From: Eledone cirrhosa
Taxonomy: Eukaryota
Assembly (NCBI GenBank): GCA_964016885.1
Contig: OZ024741.1
Location: 158,224,001-158,288,000 of the forward strand
Direction of reading: 5' to 3'
DNA length: 64,000 nucleotides
Part shown: positions 11,658 through 25,737 of the stretch, one piece after another
Numbering within the stretch: position 1 is the first letter of the stretch
Layout of the letters: the number at the start of each line of letters is the position of its first letter
The notes under the pieces: generated by a model
The model's input: only the letters and a program-made list of their open reading frames with translations
Databases searched by the model: none
Told to the model about the DNA's origin: nothing
Position numbers and translations under genes: made by a program

Positions 11658-12149
11658 GTGTGTGTGTGTTTGTATAGTGTGATAGAAAATGTAAGAGAGG
11701 ATCTCAACAATACCATATGTAATGAGACTTCCAGTGCTATGTTCCCTGAGTCACTGCTTCATATCATATTCTCCCATCCTCAAAAATTCCTTAACAGTGA
11801 GACTAAATAGTTTCACATCTATACATACATAGGAACATACCTATACACACACACATATATATATGCATGTATATATATATACATATTTATATATGTATGT
11901 GAGGATATGTATATATATATGGGTGTATATATATGTGTGTGTATATATATATATGTGTATATATATGTATATATATATATATATATATATACACTCTAAA
12001 CGTGGTTGGTGTTAGGAAGGGCATCCAGCCGTAGAAAACCTGCCAGACAGTCCCATACGAGCGAGATGACCAATCTTGCCTCAAGTGGGACAATTCCCGT
12101 CTAAACCCATGCTAACGTGGAAGATAGACGTTAAACGATGATGATGATG

Positions 12150-12206
<57 letters not shown>

Positions 12207-13134
12207 TATACTTTTTATTATATGTAGTTTTTTAGTACTGACCAGTTTGTGACAACAGTCTGCCCATGCCAACAGGGAAAAACAGATGCTAAACGATCAT
12301 GATGATGATGATGATACCACTGATAACCTACTATAATTATTGTAGATAATACAAAACTTTGCATTGATGTCTATCTAGTGTTAGTGATCTAGATATGCAC
12401 TGTTTCTGATATTTACTTAGTGTATGTGATATCTAATGAATGCCAGTGATATAAAGGTCTTATATACCACATATACACTGTACATTTACTGATATCAACC
12501 TATTATCAGTGATATCTGATGAGTGTCAGTGATATGAATAAATACCAATGAGAACCTCTCTGGTGTTTGTGATCATCATCACCGTTTAACGTCCATTTTC
12601 CATGCGGGTTGTCCACGTAAAGAGACAATTCTGGCTAGAATTGGCTACACCATTCCTTGTTCTGACGGGACTGTAAATTTGGCCAGCATTTTACAGCTGG
12701 ATGCCCTTCCTAACACCAACCACATTTACAATGATCTACATGATAAATACACTCAGTACACTCAATAAAGTAGATGGTGATAGGAAGGGCATCCAGCTGT
12801 GATGACCCATCAAAACCTAAAAAATGATGATCATGATACAATGGGCATGTGGTTAGAATGTCTCAAGAAACTATGGGCATGTGGTTAGAATGTCTCTGGA
12901 AAGAATCACTGGACAGATTTTACGGGCAAAACCAACAGGCAAGAGATATCTACGAAGTAACAGTAATATATATACTACACTCTATATCGACTTCTATCTA
13001 CTAGATATTAGTGCTATAAATAATCCTACACACACCCTATACTTACACTATAGTTGCTGATAACCAATAGTTTCTGTAGTATAACTTACATCACCCACAC
13101 TAACTATTTATATTTCCAACAGTTTATAATCAAA

Positions 13135-13155
13135 CCACCACCACTACTACTACTA

Positions 13156-13234
<79 letters not shown>

Positions 13235-13251
13235 CACTACTACTACTACTA
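13135..13251. repeat. (CTA)n/(CCA) trinucleotide microsatellite
   Basis: Direct reading. Gives the spurious poly-Leu ORF 13054-13254. Confidence 0.95.
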
Positions 13252-13765
13252 TGACAACACCAATTGATCCTACTATGGAGTTAGTTCACCTAAAACAAGG
13301 GTCAGGAACCCTCTGAAGAATCATTTTTCACTAAAAAAGAAAAGAAGAAAAGTGGGGCGACATAATATATTATATACAAAAATACATACAAGAAGATATG
13401 ATTTCAGTTAACTTTTTTTTCTTACTCATTGTGATTTTTTATTTTGAATCTTATCTGAAATTGTTTCAATGCCTTCGGAAATCTTTTATATTACATATTT
13501 TTTAATTTAATTTAATTAATTAATTAAAATAAAAATATTTAATATAAAAAATAAAAAATATCAGAGTATCTTAGAGTCACAGCTGCAGGCTCCTGATCTA
13601 AAACCTACCCCCATGTCTTCTAGATGCTTCCTGCTATCTATATATTTTTTTTGTTTTTTCTTCTTTTTATATATTTTCTTTATATTTTTATCATTGATTA
13701 GTTGTTTTTTTTATTTTGTTCTCAACTGTTTTTATAAAATTTTTATTTTCTTTCTCTCACTCTAG

Positions 13766-13909
13766 ATATCTCATTCATCGTCTGCATCATCATTACTGTC
13801 ATCAGATAGTGATGTCACATCACCGTATCGTTTCCCAGATTCTTGTATCATCAAGGTCAGTGTACAAACTGAAGAAAGTAGTGGAAGCCACGTATATAAA
13901 AGTATTATG
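13766..13909 (+). CDS. RGL1: RalGDS/RGL exon, start of Ras-association (RA) domain
   Basis: tctag|ATA ... ATG|gtgagt, phase 0-0. ISHSSSASSLLSSDSDVTSPYRFPDSCIIKVSVQTEESSGSHVYKSIM resembles DCCIIRVS...NMYKSIL of RalGDS. This frame is not shown in the ORF track. Confidence 0.93.
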
Positions 13910-15450
13910 GTGAGTATATATATAATTGATATAACTATGATATAAAACTAATATAACTACGATATATAACTAAATAACTAGGACATATAACTCTATAATT
14001 TAGCACATTGATTTCCATATTAGTTATTTGGAAGGGTAGTAGATTGGCAGAATTGGTAAATCATTGGATAAGATGCTATTGTGGTATTTGTACTATTTCT
14101 TTATATTCTGAGTTCCAATCCTACCAAGATCACTTAGCTGTTTATTCAGACAAAATAAAGCACCACTCAAATACTAGGGTTCATTTAATTGACTTTCCCT
14201 TTCCCTTCAAATTGCTGGCCTTGTGTCAAAAGTAGAAACAATTATTATTATTGTTGTTATTATGAAATCAGGGTTAGAGGGGCAAGAATGGGCCTGCTCT
14301 GAGCATGTGCCTGTAGTATGGTAGGAGGAAAACTGGGAGAGGGTGCTTGCTCTAGCAGTCAGGGTGACCGTGGCTTTTCGTGCGCTTTCCCCACAAGTGA
14401 CCCTTGGAAGTCTCCCCACTATTGGAGAATTTTTCTTTTGTTTTTGTTTTTTTATATATATAATTTTGTTGTTTTTTTTGTTTTTTTGCACGCAGAAATG
14501 CATATTTGTACCATCCTGTACCGCCCTTAATGTTATACTTTATGTCAACCCTTGTGGTTAATAAAGAAAACATTATTATAAAATAATAATTGTTTCTACG
14601 TTTGGCACAAGGCCAGCAAATACCCAGAGCATTACTGGTACTTTATTTTATCAACCTCGTAAGGATGAAAGGCAAAGTTAACCTCGGCGGGATTTGAACT
14701 AAATAATAATACTCTGGAGTTTCACCTGCATATACATGCCTCAACAAGTCAAGAATATAATTGAATTTGAGAACTATCAAATCTAATCTAAGGTGTTTAA
14801 CAAACAAACTAGAATTATTTTTATCTTATGCTGATGTTTGTCCCGGTTTTCAGAATAGCAAACCATATCCTTGTGTCTCATAGAAGGCAACTAAAAGAGT
14901 TGACGTCAAGAAAGGCATCCGGGTGTAAAACATTGTCTCAAAACATCCAGTCAAACCCATTCCTGCGTGGAAAATTGTACTTAAAAATAATAATGATGGT
15001 GATGTAAATCTTAGAATTTGATGACACTAATGATGGCTTGTACGGACTAAAAGTTAATTGTATTTAAAACTCTGCAAGGGAATTAACTCTCATATTATCG
15101 AGGGACATAACTCTGGAGATTATTAATGATTAGGTTACAACATTTATTTCCCTTTGTACAGCCTTCTATATTTGCATAAGAATCATGTGGATTTTCTTTT
15201 CCCCTCTATCTCCACTCCTCTTGTATGATAAAAAAGAAAATATTCTATCAGGCTTAATGAGTTGTTAGGCCACCTCAGAATATCAACAATATGATTGAGT
15301 ATAAACAGCAGTGTAGTTCTCTACATACTAAATATACATATGGTATGGTCTCAATAATATAAATTTTGTTTGATTTAAATATTTCTCTTGATATTGATGA
15401 TGTCTCTTAGTAATATTATGGAAACTAATCAATAATTGCTTCTCTTTCAG

Positions 15451-15559
15451 CTCACAAACACAGATCATACTCATACTGTCATTAAAAAATCTTTGGAAAA
15501 ATACTCAATAGAACGATGCCAAGAAGATTTTACCCTGTCTCAAATACTTCCCGACAAAG
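15451..15559 (+). CDS. RGL1: RalGDS/RGL exon, RA domain
   Basis: tttcag|CTC ... AAAG|gtaaga, phase 0-1. LTNTDHTHTVIKKSLEKYSIERCQEDFTLSQILPDK. Confidence 0.92.
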
Positions 15560-16605
15560 GTAAGACAACTGTTGCAATTTCCACCTTTATACTTATATGG
15601 TGGAGCTTAGAGGGTGAATTGATAGAGTTGTTAACATGCAAGATAAAATACTTTGCATTATTTTTCTGGCTCTTTCTCCCTTTGAATTCAAATTCTGCTG
15701 AGATAAACTTTGCTTTTAAAGTCAATAAAAAAAGGTACCAGTCCAGTACTGGGGTCGATTCTCTCTCTCTGTGGAAGAAATTGGCCTTGTTCAGGCATGG
15801 AGAAGAATGGGCTCCACCAGGTTTAAAATGCTTAAGACATACTGTATGTCACTATGATATTATGCCCCTACGATATATCAGAAATTACGGGGCAATATAT
15901 ACATTCACTAGCTAATGAGAAAATCTCTTACATGACCAATCAATATGCTAGAAATAACAGCTAAATCTCCTTCAAATTTTACCTTTCTGTCATAAAAATG
16001 AACACATTAGATAATGTTGTTGTGATTCTTGGAGGGTAAAATGAAAGGATAGTCACAGCCGGAATGTCTTTGATCATAGGTTTGCTTGATTAAGACTGCC
16101 ATTGGGCTAAACAAGTCATTAGAGCATGACATGCAATGCCTTTCTGTACTCGTTCTGGCTTTCTGCATCCAAGTTCAAATCCTGCTGCAGTCAACTTTAC
16201 CTTTCATACTTTGGAGGTTAATAAATAAAATGCCAGTCCAGGGTAGTAGATTGGCAGAATCGAAAGAGCTTTGGATATGATGGTTTCTGGTATTTGTTCT
16301 TGCTGATTGTCTTCTGAGCTCAAATTTTGCCTATGTGCCAATGACCTGGGCTAAACACCTGACCCACAGGGCCATCCAATCTAACTCACACTTGACCAGC
16401 ATAAACAGGTAGGCCTTAAAACCAACATAGTTTCTGAGGCTTCATCTACTACATGCATAATACAGTGGACTGAGAATGGCTGGATAGAAAATAGAACTTT
16501 TGTACATTATATACAAACACATTAACACATCCACTAACACTTACTCTCTCTCTTTCTCACACTCACTCACTCCCTCTTTCTCTCTCTCTCTCTCTCTCTC
16601 TACAG

Positions 16606-16760
16606 AATTGTTGATACCATCGAAAGCCAATGTGTTCTACGCTATGAACAACAACAACCCCAACTCAGACCTGAACTTTGTGGTGCGCACCAAGTCATGC
16701 CAGGAGGCGTTGAGTAAGAAACGCAAGTCTCGTGGTAAGCTGAAGAAGTTAAGTTTGTGA
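16606..16760 (+). CDS. RGL1: RalGDS/RGL terminal coding exon (RA domain end plus basic tail)
   Basis: (CT)n tract plus tacag acceptor, phase 1. (E)LLIPSKANVFYAMN...KKRKSRGKLKKLSL*; the IPxxANVFYAMN motif is typical of RalGDS RA domains. Confidence 0.95.
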
Positions 16761-16999
16761 GAGGTGGTGAACTTCTGCAGTTGTAATTGCATCAACTGCA
16801 GGAACAATAACAAGAGCTGCAGCAACTGCAGCAGCTTCAGTTACAGCAGCAGCATCTTACTAGATGAAAGGAGTAAATTATGAATGGAACAGCTGAAACA
16901 GTGAACATGGAAATATTGGAATATGAGATATGTTGCAACTTTGAAACCTAAATTTACCTCCATTTGAAGTATGGATATATTGAAAACTGCTCCAAGATC

Positions 17000-17515
17000 T
17001 ACACTTCTACAATATACTACACTATATTACACTACACCACATTGCCCTTTACAGCAATACACTACATAACACACTACATCACATCATACTATACTGCAAA
17101 ACACAATACTACACCAGACCACTCTAAAGTAACATATACTACACTACAACACTCTACACTGCAACACACTACACTTCATCATACTATACTGCAATACACT
17201 ACACTACAACACTCTACACTGCAACACACTACACTTCATCATACTATACTGCAATACACTACACTACAACACTCTACACTTCATCATACTATACTGCAAT
17301 ACACTACACTACAGCACTCTACACTGCAACGCACTACTCTACATCATACTATACTGCAATACACTACACTACAACACACTATACTACACCACACTACTCT
17401 AAACAATATTACATCTCAACACTACACTACACTACACTACAACACAACTATGCCATATTACATTACAAATGCTACACTATACTACCATACTGTTGTACAT
17501 TGCACTATACATTAC
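17000..17515. repeat. (ACACT)n-derived satellite with 60-bp higher-order period, in the presumed RalGDS 3' UTR
   Basis: acactacaacactctacact recurs at 17141, 17201 and 17261, then in a shortened unit. Confidence 0.85.
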
Positions 17516-18480
17516 TAAACTGCCATGACACTTTATTAACTCAAGGCTGTCACACCTCAATATTTCATCTATCTCTGCTCCACGAAACTGTTAACATCAA
17601 CAACTGCAACAGTTGCAGTGCAGTCCATTTGTATGTACACTACGCACAGCTCCTAGCTCCTACCATCTCTGATACCATCAACCACACCTTTTCATTCTGC
17701 TCCAGCTGGGCTGACCAAGATGGTGAGAGGTGGAGTGAGGTGGTTGATCTGGGTCACCACCACCACCACCACTGCCACCTCTGTCAACACACATGATCAA
17801 GTTACCTTTGAACCAACCAGTCACCCACCCATTCACCCGCATCTTACATGTCACCACCACCTCCTCCACCACCACACCTGACACCTGTATCAAAATCCTG
17901 GGCACCACCCTCCATACACTTCCCACCACTCCCACCACGACCTTCACTGTCAATACCGTCCTTACCCTGAACACCACCAACTGTCAACACCACTACCACC
18001 AACAACACTCAGTATTCACACCACCACACTACCAATACCACCGTCCCCACTAATCATCACTAATATCATCATCATCATCATTGCCATTGTCACCACCACC
18101 ACCACCACCATCAATATTTTGTTCTGTACCTCTCACCTTTCTGACAGCAAGAGACAGTAGTATTAGTAATGAAGGTGGAGGTAGATAGGACACTACCACC
18201 ACCACTACTACTATGTCACCTTACCTTTGTATTATTGTTGTGACAATGGTGGTTTGTATTGCTGTTTGTGTGCAAGGAGCTGGGGAAGGAGTCTAACCTT
18301 AAGGAAACTTCTTTTTGATTTGTTTTTGTTTTTTTGTTTTTGTTATATTTATTTATATTTTATTTTTTGGTCTCCCGGTTTGAATTTACTGGTAAATTTC
18401 TGAGAGACTGGGGAAAGAAACAAGAGGTGGAGAAGAGATGACAGGGAGGAGAAGCTTAAATAACCCACCTAAAATACTTC

Positions 18481-18517
<37 letters not shown>

Positions 18518-18656
18518 AGTAAGAATATTTTCGAAACAGCGAGTGGATTTGAAATTATTAGAAATGTAAGCTATCGCCGTATTTTACGTGTAGACACACA
18601 CACACACACACACATGTATGTTCGTACCTATGTATGATGTATATATATGAATGGTG

Positions 18657-18985
18657 AAGGCACATGGAGCAGTGGTTAGTGTTGAATTTGCAATTGCTTG
18701 TGAGTTCAATTCTCAAACTAGGTGATGTGTTGTGTCCTTGAGCAAGACACTTTATTTCATATTGCTCCGGTTTACTCAGCTGTAGAAATGAGTTGTGACA
18801 TCACTTTTGCCAAGCTGTATCGGCCATTGCCTTTCCCTTGGACAACATCGGTGGCACAGAGAGAGGAGACTGGTATGGATGGGCGACTGGGTCTTCCACA
18901 AAGAACTTTTTCCGGACTTATGCCTCGGAGAGGAACTTTCTAAGTGTAACTCGCATAGTTATTTGTGACCGAAAGGGGTATTTTA
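18657..18985 (+). mobile_element. tRNA-derived SINE family 2
   Basis: Head ggcacatgg..agtggttag...gtgagttcaattctca and core gtgttgtgtccttgagcaagacactttatttca..ttgctcc.gtttactcagctgtagaaatgag. Copies at 26744-26883, 42718-42910, 51845-52150, 56555-56690, 62858-62970 and 63893-64000. Confidence 0.8.
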
Positions 18986-20961
18986 CCCTTTATCCGTTAT
19001 ATGTATGTATGGACATGAAGATACTCAGTTTAGTGCCCAAGCGCAAGGTTAACCCACCAGGAGTGAGAGACCCTAGTTCTTGTTAGGACATCATTCTAAG
19101 AGAAGGAAAACTCTAATGTAAAAGTTAGGACTCAATGGCAGCCAATGATATTGATCTGTTCTTCTTTTTGGATACATGTCATCATTGTTCAGATAGGGGG
19201 GTTGGTTCAGTGTAAGGCCTTTCTTCACTTAAAAAAATCTTTAAGCACAGGCATTATTTGATCTAAACAACTCTCAGAGGTGTTGTGTGAGCATAGCCTT
19301 TTCTTTTTTCTTTCACTGCAAGATATGCAGAAAGGAATCTAAGTCCTAAAAGGGCTAAAAAGTCATGTTCGTGCCACCCATGTATGAGAAAAAGGTCAAG
19401 AGATGGCAATTCTCGAAGCCATTATGTATGTGTATATACACTCTCCACCTATGAGCTAATGACAGGTATTCTACATGGTTGCTCGAACTGCTAAAAATAG
19501 CAGCCAAATCTTTTTGTATCACACCCTACTATCTTGGAAAAGGGAAGGATATATTGGATAATATAGTCCTATAGGCACCACCATATAAAAATATCAAGAT
19601 GTTCATGGCTGGAACATATTTAATTGTAGATCTTCCCAATGATGGTTGTCTTAGTTCTAAACAACCCTTACTCCTGTTCTTCATCTTTGAAACTGCTTTC
19701 TTCCCCCATCTACCTTATTCTCTCTGTCTATCTCACGTCGTTATTGTTTTTTTACACAGTTGATATTTGGACACAAATGTTTCCTTTCTTTCTTTTCTTA
19801 TGTTCTTCCTCTGCTTTTTCTTCTTCTTCTTCATTCTCTTTCTTTTTGGATATTATTTATTTATCAATAATGAGAACCATAGGGGAGGAACTTTAAAAAA
19901 ATGCAAGAACAATGTTAATGTAACCACCAAATAATACCCTCCTGTCCACCTGGAACAAACAACAAACTGCTGCTCACCACCCTCCATCTATCTCCACACC
20001 TGTTCACTCACCTGCACATTGTTTTTTTTTGTATTTATATTAACATTGGGACATTCATGTTCACTAAGATACATCTTGCTACTTTACTCCCCCTATACCT
20101 GTAAACATTACTGGTACTTTATTTTTGTATAGACATGCTGGGTACTTTATTTTTATAGCTGACCCTCAACAAAAGCTGAACTCAGAAATTTTAAGTCTGG
20201 TGCTATTTTTAAAAATAAATCACTTTCCCTTAAATATGTACCTGAATGGAAAAACAACAACTACAACAACAAGGAGGAGACAATTCAAATAAAAACATAG
20301 ATGTTAGCAGTTCTTGGAGTTCAGATTCAAGGCAGTGTGTGAGACGAGGGTGGGGGACATGGTGGATGTGGTGGGCAAAATATTATACTATATATTTTAA
20401 AGACAAAGATGGGTGTGGTGTGGTGCTGATGCTACTGCATATGTTGGGGGTTCATGTGACGTGGTTTGGTGCTGAGTGGTAGGATTTTCTTCATTCCCCA
20501 TTCTTCTTCTTTTCAGTACTGTTTTGTTTTCGATGTTTTGAAAACAGTTTTTAGTCCTACCATTCTGGTTTCTTCACACATCGATGGATGCAAAACCTTG
20601 GATGTCCCTGGGTGTTTTGGATCTTGCTTCTTGTCACTGATATTTCTTCTACTCCTTTGAAGTTATTTGCTGGGAAGAATACAGCTCTCTTCTTCTCCTC
20701 CTTCTTTGGTGGGAGGAGTACAGTTCTATTCTTCTCTTTCCTATTTTGTAGAAGGAATACAGTTCTTCTCCTGCTTCCTCTTTGGTGAGAGGAGTACAAT
20801 TCTCCTCTCCTCCTTCCTATTCAGTGGGGGGGGGGAGTATACTTCGCATCTTTTCTCCAATTTTGTGGGAGAAGTAAAGTTCTTCTCCTCCTCCTCCCAC
20901 ACCTCCTTATTCACTACATTTCCTTTTTCAATCTGCTGATCACATATATTTTATCTTACCA

Positions 20962-21020
<59 letters not shown>

Positions 21021-22119
21021 GCATTTTCCTTCTAAAGATAGCAAAAAATATATGATACAGACACAACACAGGAAATAATGCTGCTTCTTCAGCCACTTCT
21101 ATAAGTTATATAATCCAGTTTCAATGCTAACCTTAGTGTTTTGGGGTCAATTTTTGGATGAGGTGGAATGTTTTGTCCTTGAACAAAACATTTCATTTGA
21201 CATTGCTCCTGTCCACACTGCTGAAAATAAGTACCAGCAGCAGCTGGGAGTTAACCCTGTGATGGACTAGCGTTCTGTCCAAAGGGAAGGCTTGTACTCT
21301 AGTACTCAATGCTAATAAAATCAGGTTAAGCTGTAGCCTGATGAGCCTCCAGGAATGGAACAGACTTTAACAAATATATATATATATATATATTATATAT
21401 ATTAGACTAGACTATTGTGGGGTTAACAATTAGATCAGCTTTTTCTTTCATTCCACTCACAGAAATAATTCATCTCTTAATGTAGATGTAATGGATAAGA
21501 ATAATGAAAATGAAGAGAGGTTTTATAATGTGGAAGTTGAGATGATTAGGTTAAAGAGAGATGTGTTGAACTTCATGCCTTTCCTAAGTGGTCTTATCTT
21601 TTTTGTTTTCTGTTCTTTGGCTTAATCTAGAAATATAGAGGTATGTATTCAAAGCTTCTGCTAGCATTATTTATATTTGTGTAAAGTGACAGTTGTTAGT
21701 GTTAGACAAAATACTTTATGCCATTTGTTCCTACCCTTTATATTCTGAGTTCAAACCCCACAGGGGTCAACATTGCTTTTCATCCTTCCAAGATCGATAA
21801 AATAAAATACCAAATATTGGGGTTGACTTACTCTCGTCACAAATTATTGGCCTTGTGCCTAAAGTAGAACTGATTATTTATATTAATGTATGTTTAGACA
21901 AAATGCTTGATTCTATGTGCCTTAGTTTCCTCTAGCTGTCACAGATAGGTTGTAGATTTCCTAGAGAAAGGTCAGTATAGCTGATTATCTTAGACCTTGT
22001 TAGGAGTCTATAAGATCAAACAATTGATTCTATGTTATGAACTTGTGTTTGGGACAAGGCAGAGGTTGCTGGTGGAGGAAAGGGAGTAAATATCCATATT
22101 TTTTACTTATTCTTTCTTA

Positions 22120-22480
22120 TTAACTCTTAACATCCTGTACTACATGAAACTTCATTATCAAGTCATTTTTGAAAAATACAAAACAGCCCTATGACTGTAT
22201 CACATTAAAAATTAAATTCTTTACTCATATACTGCTAATTTTCACAATAATCTGTTGATATGTAAAGATACTATAAATATTTGAACTAATAAACTACATT
22301 AACAAGACATTGTTTGTAAGTACAAAACAGCATTATGACTGCACCACTTTAAAATATAGTCTTCAATACTGTAATTTTTCACAACAATCTATCAACTAGT
22401 AAAGATATTATAAATATTTGAATTAACAAACCTATTTTTAGATATTTTCTGCTAAATCATTACAGGATGTTAAGAATTAA
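22120..22480. mobile_element. TTAA-bounded MITE with internal ~135-bp tandem duplication
   Basis: TIRs ttaactcttaacatcctgta / tacaggatgttaagaattaa. The block tacaaaacagc..tatgactg...tataaatatttgaa occurs twice. Confidence 0.65.
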
Positions 22481-23493
22481 TGTTAAAGGTTCACTGCTGT
22501 AACCAATCCGAAGATGAGGCAGGTTTAATTCTGATGCATGGATATGTTTTATAGTGTATAGCTCAATTCACTTAAGCATAAATAGGAACAACGAAGAGGT
22601 ACATTTTACTGTAAGGAGCATCAAGATTGCTAACACAACATAATATTGCTAATGAGTATTTTATTATGTTTGCAATGTTTGATCAGTGTCCTTACCACCA
22701 CACCACCCACCCTTGAAACCCCCCCCCCCCCTCCAAAGAAAAGGACTTCATGTTGACAATGAGAATAATAACAATAACAACATTAAATATCTGCTGTAAT
22801 TTATTTTTATTTATTATTATTTCCTCGTTTTATTTTTTTTTAAATATTTTGTGTGTGTGTGTGGAATGATGTTGGAGACTGGAGAGAGAAAGTGTGAGTT
22901 GTGACCATTATGCTGCTGAGAGTGAAGAAAGAAGAGGAGAAAAAGATTGGTGGAAGGGGTGGGCACCAGCCATGCGCTGCTCTCAAATTAAATCCAAACA
23001 ACAAATTTGTAAATATATATTATATGTTTGTGTGGTTGTATATAGATTTTATTTAAATGAACTACTACTACTACTACATCTACTACAACTACTATTACTA
23101 TCTGCTGAACTGACAATGATGATGATGATGATGATGATGAATTTGTTTATAGCGATATTATAAAGACTATGCGATATAATAATGACAATATCATCCACAT
23201 GATGAATTTACCGATTCCTGTAATAAAAGACATCATTTTCCATCTGATTGTACAAGAAATACCTTTGTTTTTTGTTTTCTTTCCTTTTTATATCATTTTT
23301 TTATTTATATATATATGTTTTGTGTTGCTTTTGTTGTTTTTATGAGATAAAAAAACAAAACTGCATCATGATCATCATCCTCATTTTAGCAGATGTAAAA
23401 TAATGATGATGACAGTAATAATGGTGAAAATGATTTTGTTTTGTTCTTTTACCTCATCATAGTGTCGTAATTGCTACTGTCATTTACAAAATC

Positions 23494-24135
23494 CTTCTTC
23501 TTTGCCCACTTATTCCTGAGACGGTCATTGGGGTAGCATCCTCAAACACTCCTTCCAGCAGATCCTGTCAGAGGCAACCATTTCCAACTGATCTGGCTGG
23601 ATCCTAAAGTGAGACCAGTTGAACTCATTGATGTTATCCAATCATCTTGCTCAGGGTCTCCTGCCAGATGGTTTTGCTTATAAAATCTGTCCACTGATTC
23701 TTTCATGGGACATTCTAACCACATGCCCATAGTACTGGGGCTGTGATCTCTCAATTTGGAGAGGTAGCAGCTCTACCTGGAGCAACAATGATCTCCAACT
23801 GCTTGTATTTACGATTGTATTCTTTTGGTCATTACCCAAGATTCATGACATTAGGTAAGAGTTGGCTCGAATAGCAAATTTAGTTTTTACACCTCCCTCC
23901 CTTCTTCTGATTACTGAATGCTGAAGCTGTGCATTACTGCCACAGCTCCTGCAATTCTTGCACTTAATTCAGCCTCTTGTCTTCCATCACTTGTGAACAC
24001 TGCCGTGGGATACTTGAACTTCTCCACCTGTTTCATTGGAGCTTCATTCACATGGAGAGTGCACTGCGCAGGCCTCCTCGTGAGGACGAGTGTCTCACTT
24101 TTTACAGCGCTGATTTTTATTCCAGCCATATTTAC
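23494..24135 (-). mobile_element. Decayed RTE-clade LINE, family 2 ((AAG)n tail)
   Basis: AGIKISAVKSETLVL...QVEKFKY...FTSDGRQEAELSARIA. Homologous to 32544-33460 and 57075-58216. Confidence 0.8.
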
Positions 24136-25365
24136 AAAATCCATTTTAACAAAATAATATATAAGACAAATTTAATGTAGGTATATCTACAGTTTATAAA
24201 CCTTATAAAAACGTAAACAAATATGAAAAACAGTCTGCTATTCTCATTGTACATGGAAAAATATAAGAAATTGCTTTTGCATGTTTCATGGCTGTTTGGC
24301 CATTCATTGGTAGACAAATAACTTTATCCATCTTTCCCCCCAAAAAAGCTATAGTAAGTGCTGTGGTTTGTCTATTTAAAAAAATTAATTTGATGACAAT
24401 AATATACCTGAAGACCACAATATTGTAGAAAAGAATTTGTAAAACAATGGTAAGTACAAGCACAGCTGTGTATTTAAAAATTTCACTTCATAATCATGTT
24501 ATTGTATTATTCAATCTCACTGTATGACACTGTGGAGAAATGACTTCTACTGTAGCCTCTGGTTGACCAATGCCTTATTAATGAAATTCGGTATATGGAA
24601 ACTGCGTAGGAGCCTGTTGTGTGTGTGTGTGTGTGTGTACCAGAGAAAAATAGTGTGTCTAATTGCATCCTCATACATTAAAATGTAACTTAGATCAGGA
24701 TCAATCTAATATGCACCAGATCGCAATAAATACTGGGATTGATATAATAGACTAAAATATTCAAAGGCAACAAAATGGTAAATGCTCAACACATATATAA
24801 AGCCCTCCAAAATGTGAAAATATATTGTAGATATCTATCCAGTTAATACTTAGAACTAATCATGGATGCATGCATGGCCGAGTAGTTAGAAAGTTCGCTT
24901 AGTAAACATTTGGCCAAGTGACGTTATCACAGCCTTGGATAGACAGAAGTCTATCACTATGGAAGTCTGTCACATGGATTGTACTTGTAATTCAAATGTC
25001 CAGCTTTTTCACATATTGTGTCCTGTTGATTTTGCCTGAGAATTGTTAAAAATGCACGTGATTATGGAATGTGCAACCACTTACACTTTAATTCATGAGT
25101 CAGACGGTCAGTTGATCGAACAACTGAATGCTCAACATCAAAACCGACAGCAATTCCATAAAATCTGATCGAAAGGATTTCAAGTATCAATAGTATAACT
25201 GATCTGGTTCTAGACTGCATCATAATCAAGTTCACAAACAGTAATTCGTTGCTATGATAAAGCTATTTTCAATTGAAGTGTAAATTATTCTCTGGAGTTA
25301 TCTCCCTCACACTCCAGTTTTTTTTTTTAATTAAAAAAAATATTTTTATCGGTATTTCTACTTAC

Positions 25366-25737
25366 AGCAAAGTACGAAACTGTATTTACACCTATTCGTT
25401 GTGATTGCGAGTTCTGCCTCTGGTTGACATTTCGGATCTGGTCTCTCTCTCTACCATTAGGGCGTCTTCGATTCCTCTTTCCAGGTATCATCTCCTCTGG
25501 GCAAATTTTAGAGAGGGAAGTTGAGCCTGCGATTTACTTTTAATTTTATTAAAGATTGTGTCGTAAGAAGCGAAGGGGTCTACCTTTGCGTCACCAAACG
25601 TGTCCGGACTAAATTTCCCTGCGCGGATGTTCACCTGTTTCACGTCCGTTCAAAGAGCATAGCAGGTCTCACACCCAGTACCGCTTACAGACAAAGAGAG
25701 GCCGAAAAACAGCAAGCAAGATCTCCCTTGCGCTTCC
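25366..25737 (-). other. CpG-rich unique element: candidate first exon or structured ncRNA of unknown identity
   Basis: TATATAGATATAAT 23-36 nt upstream on the minus strand, a long-range stem between 25566-25581 and 25720-25737, and a GCT|gtaagt donor at 25366. Confidence 0.4.

Noticed and set aside
16964-18053. 184-aa TTLQH-repeat and Thr/His-rich ORFs
   Set aside because: Products of pentamer and CAC repeats downstream of the RalGDS stop, with no splice or homology support.
25366-25737. Telomerase RNA, 7SK or RNase P/MRP identity
   Set aside because: No CUAACCCU-type template, no paired GAUC/GAUC stem and no CR-I/CR-V pair found by eye; left as unknown.
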